A DNA stretch of 64,000 nt, taken from assembly GCF_009914755.1 (NCBI RefSeq), contig NC_060927.1; one strand, written 5' to 3'. The number at the start of each line of letters is the position of its first letter. Within the stretch, counting starts at the first letter, position 1. Positions 1 to 12,725 of this stretch are shown here, in pieces. The stretch comes from the human T2T-CHM13v2.0 reference genome, Homo sapiens. The notes under the pieces are model-generated. The model was not told where the DNA came from, did not search any database, and saw only the letters and a program-made list of their open reading frames with translations. Both the position numbers and the translations under genes were made by a program.

Positions 1-369
1 TAGGTGTGGGTAATTGTGTGAATAAAGGAAGGTAGACTCTATAAGGCACATTATAGAGGATTACAGGGGATCGGTTTAGGAACATTGAACAGATCCATCT
101 GGCTAAAATAGACCTTAAGAGAAAAAAATTTCCATGATATTTCCATGGAAAACTGTTGGACTCTAGGTCATTTTAGACTATAGGGACATTCTAGCCCATA
201 GGGACTTCTAATACAAGTCTAAGGAAAAAGTACCTTATGTTATGGGAAGAGGTAAAATCTTAAAAGGTTTTTATTTTAGGTGTTAATGCATAGAATGCTG
301 TATAAAAATTAATCTAGGTATGAGAAGTAATATGGGATTGTGAGATGCCTAATACTAATACCTAAAATT

Positions 370-570
370 TAATCAGCACTTACTGCATAATAGGCACTGT
401 GCTAGAAGACCAACATGGATAGGTTCATCTTTATATATCCTTAAAGACTTATATTATAATTATCCCCTTTTACAGGGGAGAACATAAAGCTAAGATAGAT
501 TCAAATTTTTTCCAAAGATCCCCAAGGTAGCCCATTTCTGAGCTGGAATTTAAATATAGGCAATAAGTCT
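370..570 (-). mobile_element. MIR SINE, degraded
   Basis: agcacttac...aggcactgtgct...tatccccttttacagggga resembles the reverse complement of the MIR core. Confidence 0.65.
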
Positions 571-2659
571 TTATGTCAGAGTTCTGGAGTCAAAGAAGGG
601 AGTTAATAAGTTATTAGAAGTAGTCTTTTGTGACAAATTGCTCCACTGTGTAGCCACAGTATAAATAAAGAGGAATGAAAGGGTATTAAAGACAATGTGG
701 AGGAAAGATTAGTTCAAATTGCGCTGTGAAAGTGCAACACATTAAAGGAATAGAATTTTTTAAGTTGAGGATGTATTAGCACCGCATGCATTTCTTTGTC
801 AAAACTTGCTTCCGCCTTTTCCTGCATTACATGGTCATGCTAGCAATAGCCAGTTATCCTAGATTGGTTTGAAAGAAAATTCAAAATGAAAACAATTTGC
901 AGATATCTAAGAATAAGCTGATTTTGTCAGATTGCTCTGTTGGTAATGGTTTGGTTTTGCATGAATAATTTCTTTCCAATACGTATTCGGTAGAAATATA
1001 CAAACCAGTTTTGCAAATAGGCCCCTTAAGAAAATGTTAGCATTGTCCTCACCTATTTTTCCTAAAGTCACCTTTCCATCTGATTGTTTTTCTTCAGTTT
1101 CTTTTGGAGTAAACACAAAGGTAGTAAGGAAAAACTGCTCAGGTAAATTTTTGTAATTTCATCTTAAACAGATTCCTATGGAAAAGTAACAATAACAATG
1201 AGCTAATTATCTAATTTTTGTCAAGTGGTTAAAGCAATTATGAAGGAAATACTGTGTGTTATTGTTGAAGTCTGATGAGTGTTACTTTATAAAGTGTCAA
1301 TTAAATAAGATGAAGTAATCACCCTTTTAAGTCATCCACAATCCTGTTATCTTTGATAAAAGCAGATGCCAAAGAGTGTGTCTCTGAGACAGAGAGAACC
1401 AACATAATTATCTGAACTTAAATGTCCCTTGAAACTATGTCTGTCTCCACTTTGAATAAAACTCCTCAATGGCGGAACACTAATAAATTCTCAATAAATA
1501 TTTGTTGATACAAGAAAGCATTTCAAAAGTACCTTTTTTCTAGCATCCATATAAGTAAGAAGCATTCACACTTGAGCTGCTGAGATTTAGGAATATCTCT
1601 GGTGGCTTTATTTTGCTTTTCTAACCAATGACAAATTTTGGCTACATGACTTCAGAGCTCTTTTCTATCAATTGTCTATGATTTTAACATTTCTGCTAGA
1701 TTAGATATTCCCTTAGATAAAATAACACTGAGAGAAAGATTAATGGTTGTGGTTTTCTTTTCTCTAGCTTGTCATGCTTCAGTTATGTCCCCTTTAGTCT
1801 GTGGCTTAATAAGATGTTGCTTTCAGTTTAGTTGAAACTACAAGCACCATGTTGAAAGAATTTTAGCACTTTCTTCTCCTTGTTAATATTGTAACTGCCC
1901 CCCAAAACAGATCTATATAGTGAACAGAAACGTCTGAGTGGATTTCATCAATGACAAGAAAACAATAAATTATATTATTTTGACATCTATGACCAGTGCA
2001 CAATATTTTGTATTAGAGAATTGTATTATGTCTAAGGAAGGCATTGTGAACCAGAGATGAAATGACAGGCTTTAAATTGGATCTTTTGCTTTGGAGAATT
2101 TAATGAAAAACTTCTAGAATGAGAGAGAGTTAAAGAAAGAATATTTCATCAAAAACATATTTCTATAACAATTATTTTTTCTGTAACCACTTTGCTATTA
2201 TCTTAAATATGCATACTTAATTCAAAGCTTTTCCTTCATTTCATCAAAAATGTTGTCATGATGAAACTGAAACTTCAGATCCTTTTATTACTGAGTTATT
2301 TCAATATACTTCAGTGAGAAATATAATTTATTGGAGGTCTCACTACTACTACCATGCCACGAGTATCTATCAATGTTAAGGAATCGTGAGATTTCGTTCT
2401 TAGAATATGATCATTCTTAGCTGCATTTTTGGTCTATAAAGTAGATTATAGGGGGAAAGAATGCCATTAAGCCTCCTCTCACAAAAGCAAACACAGAAAA
2501 ACAACAGCTGCAAAACCCCTGGAAGTACACATATTCCTATATTGGATCTTAAAATCCACTTTCCCTGATGAAGGCGAAATAAATGGGATTTCTGCTTTCT
2601 AATAAACTAATTCAGTGGATATTTACTTATTTTTCCAAAAACTGTGCTAGACTCTAAAA

Positions 2660-2862
2660 CAGTGGTGTCCAATAGAACTTTCTGCAATGATGAAACTGTT
2701 CTAAATCTTCACTATCCCATATGGTAGTCACTAGCCACATGTGGCCATGGAGGACTTGAAGTGTAATCAGTATGACTGAGAAACTGAATTTATAATTTAA
2801 CTTTAGTTTTAATTAATTTGAATATAAATTTACATAGCTACATGTGGAATATATTGGGCAAT
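2660..2862. mobile_element. MER3 (hAT-Charlie) non-autonomous DNA transposon
   Basis: cagtggtgtccaatagaactttctgcaatgatg...tagccacatgtggc...tagctacatgtgg...atattgggc follows the MER3 consensus. Confidence 0.85.
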
Positions 2863-3731
2863 TAGGTTATAGAGATATATCTCTGAGAGGGATCAATGAG
2901 GGAAAGCTTAAAGACAATTAAAAAACAATTAATAGATAAAATAGCAAAGAAGAAGGACGTCAAGTATTTGAGAGCGCCTCCTTTCCAATGTTACTATTAT
3001 AAATGAAGTGAAAGTTATTGGCAGTGATAAGTACCCAAATCTTAGTGATAATACAAGCAGCAATACTTTCATTTGAATACTTCTAACTAGTATTACTTGT
3101 GATACACAATTGACCTGTGAACAACATAGGAGGTATGGGTGCCAAACCTCACTGCAAGTGAAAATTCACATATAACTTTCACACCACAAAAACTTCACCA
3201 CTAATAGCCTACTATTGCCCAAAAGCCTTACAGATGACACAAACTGTTGATTAATACATATTTTGTATTTTATATGTATTATATAGCACATTCTACAATA
3301 AGGTAAGCTAGAGAAAAGAAAACATTGTAAAGAAAACCATAAGGAAGAGAAACTACATTTACTATTCATCAAGTGGATGTGGTTCATTATAAAGGTCTTC
3401 ATCTTTGTTGTCTTCACATTGAACAGGCTGAGGAGGAGGAAGAGTAGAGTTTGGTCTTGCTGTCTGAGGGATGGCAAAGGCAGAAGAGGTGGAGGAGGTG
3501 GAAGGGAGGCAAAAGAGCAGGCACACTCGGTGTAACTTTACGGAAATACGTCATAATTTCTGATGTTTTGTGTTTTTCATTTCTCTGCATTTAAAATGTT
3601 TCTATACAGTACCAATTCTTCCACCATTTACTTTTTTCTGCACCCATGGGTGCATGAAGGGTCCCTGTCATAAAAAAATCAAAAGCAGGCTTAAATAATC
3701 AGAACTGTTCTGCCAGGTTGTCTGATGTCAG

Positions 3732-5210
3732 TTAGTTTTCTTGCATTGCTGCTTCTTCATTTTTCTCATTGTCTAGCACTGGTTTTGAAGTACTCATCTC
3801 CACCAAGTTGTCTTCTGCTAATTCCTCTGGTGTGGTCTCTATTAGCTCTCGAATGTCCCCAACATCTGTATCTTGAACCCCTTCACTGCTCACTATTTTG
3901 CCATATCCACAGTCTTTTTCATGATTTCCTTGATTGGCTGTACGCAAATCCTGTCAAGTCATGCACAAAATCTGGACACAGTTTTCTCCAGCAGGAAGCT
4001 GTTTTGGGCCTGATGGCTTTCCAGGCTTTTTCTATAACAATGACAGCATCTTCAATAGGATAATTCTTCCCAACTTTCATGATTTTCTCTCTATTGAGGT
4101 TCTCTTTTGTAGAACTGGCAATCCTTTCCATAGGATATCATGTTTAATGAGCCTTGAAAGTCCTTATAACCTCTGATCTAGAGGCAGAATCAAAGACATT
4201 GTGTTGGGTGGCAAGTAGACCACTTCAATGCCTATGTTGTTGAATTCATGTGGTTCTGGGTGGTCAGGGGCATTGTCCAATGTACAAAAAAAAAAAACCT
4301 TTAAAGGGCAGTTCCTTATTGGCAAGGTACTTTCTGGATTCAGGGATGAAGCACAGATAGAGCAAATCCAGAAAAAGGGCTTTGTTGTCCAGGCCTTCTT
4401 GTTGTACAATAAAAAGCCTGGCAGCCAGTGTTTATCTTTTCCCTTTAAGCCTCATGGGCTAGCAGCTTTATAGATAAAGGCAGGCTTATCATAAAACCAA
4501 CTGCATTTACACAAAACAGTAGTTAGCCTATCCCTCCCTGCCTTAATTCTTGCGCTCACATCTCTTTCTTACTAATAAGTGCACTTTGTAGATTTTTTTT
4601 TCCAGATTAGGATAGTTTTATCTGTACTAAAAACCTCTTCAGGAAAATATCCTTCCTTCTCCATGTTATTCTTAATTGCATCTGGGAACTCACTTGCTGC
4701 CTCTTCATCAGCAGATGCTGCTTCTCCTGCTACCTTGACATTTTAAAAGCAAAATCTCTTTCTAAAATTATCAAACCTTCCTTTGCTGCCATTAAATTAT
4801 TCAGCTTTAGATTTTTCACTTCTCTTTTCATTTAAGTTGTCATATAATGTTAGGTTTTTCTCAAATCCTAGCAGAATCTATCAGTATGCTTTTTCTACGC
4901 AATCTTGTACTTACGTGAAATCTGCAATTATAATAGAAGATAAAAAATTATTTTTCAAAAAGTGCAAAGGTTTTGCTCCTGCTAGCATAGCTGCAGCAAT
5001 GGATTCACAAATTTTCTTTTCTTAAATAATGGTCCTTAAGCTGGATTTATTTATATTGAAATGGCAGCCAAACACAGCTGCAGACCTCAATCCATAGTAT
5101 GTATCAAGCAATTTGACTTTTTCTTGTAATGTCATGACTTTTGTCTCCTTCTTCAGAGAACTTCCAGCATCACTAGTAGCAAGACGTATGGATCCCATGG
5201 TATTATTCAA
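3732..5210 (-). pseudogene. Frameshifted Tigger2 transposase remnant
   Basis: Several short minus-strand ORFs in different frames each carry pogo-transposase motifs; no continuous ORF. Confidence 0.85.
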
Positions 5211-5350
5211 GGTTTACAGCATTGCACTAAACATGATGAAAATGGAGAACTACAAGAGATCACTTTTTACAGCCATACACAATTTACTGGAAAGATGAAC
5301 TTCTCACATGCAGATGATTAGCTTCACACAGCATTTTAAGTGAATATTTG

Positions 5351-6016
5351 TGATATGGTTTGGCTGTGTGCCCACCCAAAATAATGTGTGTCATGGGAAG
5401 GACCTTGAGGGAGGTAATTGAATAATGGAGATGGATTTTTCCTATGCTGTTCTCATGATAGTGAATAAGTCTCACTAGATCTGGTGGTTTTATAAAGAGC
5501 AATGCCCCTACACACACACTCTTGCCTGCCGCCACTTAAGACATACCTTTGCTTCTCTTTTACCTTCCGCCATGATTGTGAGACCTCCCCAGCCATGCAG
5601 AACTGTGAGCCCATTAAACCTCTTTTCCTTTTCTTTCTTTTTTTTTTTCTTTTTTTTTTGAGACGGAGTTTCACTCTGCTGCCCAGGCTCGAGTGCAGTG
5701 GCACGATCTCGGCTCCCAGCAACCTCCACCTCCCAGGTGCAAGTGATTCTCATGCCTCAGCCTCCCGAGCAGCTAGGGTTACAGGCGCCCACCATGACAC
5801 CTGGCTAATTTTTTTGTATTTTTACTAGAGATGGGGTTTTACCATGTTGGCCAGGCTGGTCTTGAACTCCTGACCTCAGGTGACCCACCTGCCTCGGCCT
5901 CCCATAGTGCTGAGATTACAGGCATGAGCCACCACACCCAGCCTAAACCTCTTTTTCTTTATAAATTACCCAGTCTCAGGTATTTCTTCATAACAGTATG
6001 AAAATGGACTAATACA
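5351..6016 (+). mobile_element. THE1 (probably THE1C) MaLR solo LTR inserted in Tigger2
   Basis: Starts tgatatggtttggctgtg and ends gaaaatggactaataca; perfect 5-bp TSD ATTTG (5346-5350 and 6017-6021). Confidence 0.92.
5627..5943 (-). mobile_element. AluS (Sx-like) inserted in the THE1 LTR
   Basis: T-rich tail then full dimeric Alu; TSD taaacctctttt (5615-5626 and 5944-5955). Confidence 0.95.
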
Positions 6017-7273
6017 ATTTGCAACACTGGAGCTCACCAAGATAGCAACAGTATATGGCTACAAAAGTATGACAGTAATACACTGTGTATGGCAGCTCAT
6101 TTTATGCAGCTATGATTTAATATTGCATATTTACATTTGCTTACATTTCTCTCTACTTGGTCCTTAAGTGTTTGTGTGCATAAGTTTTAATAAATATTAA
6201 CTTTCTATAATTGATTTGTATATATTTTTATGGTAGTAAGTGATACAATAGGCTAGTACCTACATATATTTTATGCATTTGTGAAGTGCATTTTTCCTAA
6301 ATTTTTTCAATATTTCTAGGATATGCAGTTCATCTGTGTTCGTAAATTGTCATAAATCTCCAAAATATTTTCTAATACATTTATTTCTTAAAATCTGCGT
6401 ATAACCCATGCACTTCAAACCCATGTTCAAGGATTAGCTGTATATGTACATACCTGTAAGAAACGTATTAAAATGTATCAGAAGGTGCTCCCCATGAGAA
6501 ATCTGCTCCTCAGCATCTTTAAAAAACAATCTGACAGGTTTGGTCACCATCTAGTTTTGGCAATATGAGTGGCATCACCAGGGATAGGAGGGAAGTTAAT
6601 TTTAGGTCAACATAAAGAAGATATTTCTAATGATTATGCTATTTTTAAATGGTATTATAATTTCCTCAGCTCACTAAATTGTTAAAGCAGAGATTAAATG
6701 ATAAATTTGAGGAATAGTTTAGGATGATGCATGTATCATGAAAAAAACAGGTTAGAAATTGAGCAAATCTATGCTTTTTACCCACTTACGGCTTAGTTGC
6801 CTCTTACATAAAAATGATCATAGTAAGGTTATCGAAAGGCAGAGGACTACAACATTCATTTTAAGAACCATGACTCTTTGACCTCCTCTGGTCAATGAAT
6901 TCGTCTCATGAATTACCATGAATTAAACTTAGTTTACTTTTTCAACTGATGTTAATGATACCACATTCCATGGTTGTTATAGATTAAATGAAGTACTAAC
7001 ACTTCATTTGAAAATGAAAACTGAAACTATTAAACTAAAGCTAAGTAGAAAGCCCTTAGCCCTTCATTGTAATTTTTTTCATCATTTAATAACACAAACT
7101 CACTAAATAAATTGATTTTTGAAAATAAAAATAATAAATAGGTTATTTTAATTTTTATATCCCTTCACACCTTACCTGCTTGTAGCCTCCAGCTATACAT
7201 AATCTTCATAGCTGTTTGTATTGTTGTTACTGTTGTTCAGGTTAGTTCTTATTCCAGAGAAGGACAGAGGGCT

Positions 7274-7325
7274 GGAAGGAAGGAAGGAAGGAAGGAAGGA
7301 AGGAAGGAAGGAAGGAAGGAAGGAA
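7274..7325 (+). repeat. (GGAA)13 perfect microsatellite
   Basis: 52 bp of uninterrupted GGAA units, counted directly. Confidence 0.97.
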
Positions 7326-8679
7326 GTGAACTTGCTAATGTTCAAGTAATAATGTGGTTTAGAAAATACAAACGTCAAATTTGCCTTTAATGGTATAAGA
7401 GGAAATAATTAAACCAAAGTGTCTGATCATCTTTGTAGGATTTCTGAAATCTTACAACAATAGAAAGCCACATTTTGTGTGTAGATCATTGTATTTATGT
7501 CACCTCATTTTACCTTACATCATTTTATTTCTCACTTCAGGTTATTTGCAGTGCACTATATTTCAAAGTGGAAAATCAGCTTTATCAAATGGAAGAAGTA
7601 ACTGAGCTTATCCAAGATACTGATTTGGCTGCAATAGGCTTTATTTTAGAGCTATCTGGGGAGAAGATGGTGTGATTGTATAAGGATGGTCTGGCTTTTC
7701 AGGAAATGAAAATTTATAAAGAAAGAGAAGTGTGATTATCTAATTAGGAAAAAAAAAGGAGCAAGCTGAGAAGGAAAATCAGAAACCTGGGTAGCAATAA
7801 ATAAGGGATCATCTAAGTAAAATGGTCTAATAGTAGATATTTCAAATGCATTAAGGCAAAACATTGAAGGAAGACAGTAAATTTAGTTTATTTGGATGGT
7901 ACTGAAATTCAAAGGCATGCAGGGACATGGTGACAAATATGTCAATAGCTAAACAACAGTCTTAACATCAAGGAAATTTACCTATTTTTCTTCAATTGAA
8001 CTTAAATGTGGGTAACGGTTTTCTTGCACTTGCATTATTTTCTTTGAGAGAGGATCAGGAAAAACTGCCTAACTAAACTGAACAGAATTTGGTTAGTATT
8101 ACTTTCTCCTTCAATTAATTAAAAAAAGCAGTTCTGGATATTCAAGAAAATTAAAATATTTGGTTTATTTTAAATATTTTGGGGTAGTTTTCAAACAAAT
8201 TGAAATAATGCTGATGCATTTAAATAGTTTTTTTATTTCATCCTATCAATATTCCATGAGGTAAACAGGGTAAATACTACTGTCACTATTTCATTTTAAA
8301 GAGAAGGCACAATTATGATAAACAAATGAGGTAATGATAAATGTTCATAATTACAAATTGAATCAGCAACAAAAACATTCTTTTATTATTTTAAAAAGGA
8401 GAAAAATATAGTTTTCGTAACCTATACCTTCAAATCCTACTTTCTAACATTCTCTAAGAAATGTATGCTTCCTGCCAAAGAACTCAGATATCATTTGACA
8501 CAAATATTTATTAATATTTACGAAATTCAAACAAACAAACATAAAAAGAAACATAGAGGCAGGGAAATTATTTTATTTTTTCCCTTCCCGGTATTCTCCA
8601 CTTTCTTTCTTTCTTCGGTTTTTTTGTTTTATTGTTTTTCCCCTGCTAAGGGAAATTGCGGGGAAAGGGTGAGTGTATA

Positions 8680-8729
8680 TGTGTGTGTGCCTCTGTGTGT
8701 TGTGTGTGTGTGTGTGTTTGTGTGTGTGT
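8680..8729 (+). repeat. Imperfect (TG)n microsatellite
   Basis: gtgtgtgtgcctctgtgtgttgtgtgtgtgtgtgtgtttgtgtgtgtgt. Confidence 0.9.
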
Positions 8730-10462
8730 CTTCCTTAGGTTAATAAAACCAAACCAGATAGATAAATAGATTTCTGTTATTCACAGTACTGCTAAGTCAA
8801 AATTCACATTTTCATCAGGTTGCAGGAAACTTAATAGACCATGACCTGTAATAAATAACAAAATAAGATGAAGAGGCTTTAATAATTATATGTTCATTTT
8901 TAGAGAGGCAGCCAAGGCTGTTTTCATGGTAAGGCATTACTAAATGTCACTATTCGTCTTTCTGTCCTAATTATCTGTAAATTTGTATTTGAAAAGCCTC
9001 AATTATCTAATGAAATTATTTGGAAATTATTCATTGAAATAAATAGTTTTCCAAAAAGCACTCTGGTTTTCCCTTTCATAACTGTCAGTGGAAATCTGTT
9101 CTTCACCAAGGTTTAATGTACATCAATGAATAGCACTGGAGACAATTCTTCACCCTTTGGGCAATTTTTCATAGCAGAGGGCAGTACTGTTTGAATTTAA
9201 ATGATGTTGCACTCAAGGCCAATGGTAATGAGCTAGCTCTCAACTAGACATTCATTAGATATTTTTATCATCTGAATATAACCATAAGTACTTCATGCTA
9301 GCTACCACAGCCTTCATATGAATTATAAATATAATATTTAAGTTTCTTTTTAGAGGAGAAACTGTATTTCTGCTGTGAATGCAGAAGCAGATAGAGTTAA
9401 ATAATATGATCTGTTTACCAAAAGTGCCTGCCATCAGAAGAAAGCAAAATGTTTGCAAAATGAGAATTGGCATGACAACTTGCTGTTTTAAGAAAAATCG
9501 TTGTCTACACTATGAGATGCATTTCTGAATACAGAATTAACCTATTAGCCCAATCTCAAATAAAGCTTCCAACTGAATGCCCAATTACTCACTCAAGAGA
9601 CCACCTCCAAAATCATCGGGGCAAAGGTTTCTTTAAATAGACCAGCCTGAAGGTCAGCAGTGGAGGTCTATGATGCAATAAGGGAAAAAAGAAATGCACA
9701 GAGAATTCAAAGCACTCTCATTATTTTCCTAACTTAAAACAACAACAAAGAAACTTTTTAGTCTACAATTAACCACACATCTACCCCAGTAGATTTTAAC
9801 TCCACCAGTGGGATTGTATGGAGACCATGTTTACTACCAGGAGAATGTACTCACCCTAAGACAGTACAGTAAGTCCAGGGTAAATAAATCTCCCATGCTA
9901 AGGTATCCTCCCCTGAATTTCGGTGATTGTCCAGGTGTTGATATCACTAATTGCTTTATGCACATGACCTATTGTTCTCTGTGCTAGCTAAATTTTTAGT
10001 AGAGGAAAAAGCTGGTGATGCATCTAATTTTAGTAATGAAAGCCCTGACTATGCCCTCTGCTCACCTGCTGCATATATGCATAAATGTGTCATTGCAAAA
10101 AATGTATTTAAGTAAAGGTTATCAGCCTTTAAGAATTGTAATGAGACCACCAGGTAAAGAAAAAGTCACAACTTCTATGCTATGCAAAGTTCCCCTTTTT
10201 GGAGGCCCCGTCCTAAATCATTTCTGCTCTATAAAGACTTTCACAGTACTGCTGTTTTCTGTACTTTGAAAATATTCCTCAGATTCCCCAAGCTTCCATT
10301 TTTTCCTAATAAACTTCAACCCACCTGGCTTCGTGTTGTTTCATAGTAAATCAAATCCTGAGGGAAATATGAAAATTAATTTTAAAAGAGGTGTAAACCT
10401 CAGTGAAATAATAATCTACAGGAGTTCCATTCTGTCACAAATTGGCATTCAGGCCAGAAGAC

Positions 10463-11818
<1,356 letters not shown>

Positions 11819-11929
11819 AGATCAAAAGATCATGAGCAAATGGATAGTTCCCCACATACAGATTACCTAATCATCTACACATTGAAAATATCAGAAAATT
11901 GATACTATCCTTGCAAGCTCTTGATGAGT

Positions 11930-12185
11930 TATATAGTTAAAACTTTGATCTCAAGGATCAAATTGTTCAAATTTTGACTTTGCTATGTGTGGGTTAGATG
12001 ACACTGGACAGATTATTTAACCTATGTCTCAACTACTTGTATCCAAAATGAAGATAACAATAGTGTCTATTCCAAATGGCAATGAGGGTCATGAAATGAT
12101 TCCAGCTGACTAGTTGTAACAGGGACCATAAGGCCCACAAAGCACTTAGCACTGTTAGCATGCATTAAGTGTTTATTTTTATAAA
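11930..12185 (+). mobile_element. MIR SINE
   Basis: ttatttaacctatgtctcaac...aaaatgaagataacaatagt...aaagcacttagcac. Confidence 0.6.
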
Positions 12186-12377
12186 AATTGTTGTTATATT
12201 GTGAACTAGACAAGATGCAGATATTCTAATCAATTTCTTTGATTATTTCCTCCAGATACCACTTCCTTGGAGTTCAATCTTCTTAACTGCTTTATTTTAA
12301 CTAATTAATCAATGTTAGGCATGATCCAGTTTTAGCAAAGTCCATAGATATAAATCATGGGACATTTATGTTCTAGC

Positions 12378-12725
12378 CTAGAGTTTGCTAATGTTTTTTC
12401 TGTCACTAGACGGATAGTAAATATTTTAGGCTTTGAGAGTCAAATAATCTCTGTTGTAACTAATCAATTATGCCATTGTAGGGCAAAGTAGCCATAGATG
12501 ATACAGATGACACAAAAATGAATAAATGTGGCTATAGTCTAATAAAATTCCATAAAAATTTATGGAATCTGAAATTCCAATTTTATATTATTTTCATGTC
12601 ACAAAACATTATTCATCTTTTGATTTTTTTGCCAAAATTTAAAGTAAGAAACATACTTAGCTTGCTGGCTACACACACAAAGCAGGTGAGATGTATTTGA
12701 CTCTGAGGCTACAGTTTATCTAATT
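12378..12725. mobile_element. MER58B-like hAT-Charlie DNA transposon
   Basis: gatagtaaatattttaggcttt...tgccattgtagggcaaagtagccataga...attttcatgtcacaaaa; about 345 bp. Confidence 0.7.

Larger units (their letters stand above)
3107..6440 (-). mobile_element. Tigger2 (TcMar/pogo) near-full-length DNA transposon with decayed transposase, interrupted by a THE1 LTR and an Alu
   Basis: Degenerate terminal inverted repeats (TIRs) caattgacctgtgaaca / tgttcaaggattagctg followed by TA. Minus-strand ORF fragments give a CENP-B-type HTH (VMTLQEKVKLLD, 5022-5210) and pogo DDE motifs (LDNAPDHP, VVYLPPNTMSLILPLDQ, 4164-4409). About 2.67 kb remains after removing the inserts. Confidence 0.9.

Noticed and set aside
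140-151. 12-bp palindrome TTTCCATGGAAA (NFAT-dimer-like)
   Set aside because: Single short palindrome in probable old repeat-derived DNA; expected by chance in 64 kb
907-1116. 69-aa minus-strand ORF in unique DNA
   Set aside because: Non-ATG start, no recognisable domain and no convincing splice sites; length is within chance expectation
7475-7675. Protein-like ORF after the strong acceptor at 7540/7541
   Set aside because: Only weak donors follow (GAA|GTAACT, ATG|GTGTGA) and the peptide is unrecognised; not called as CDS
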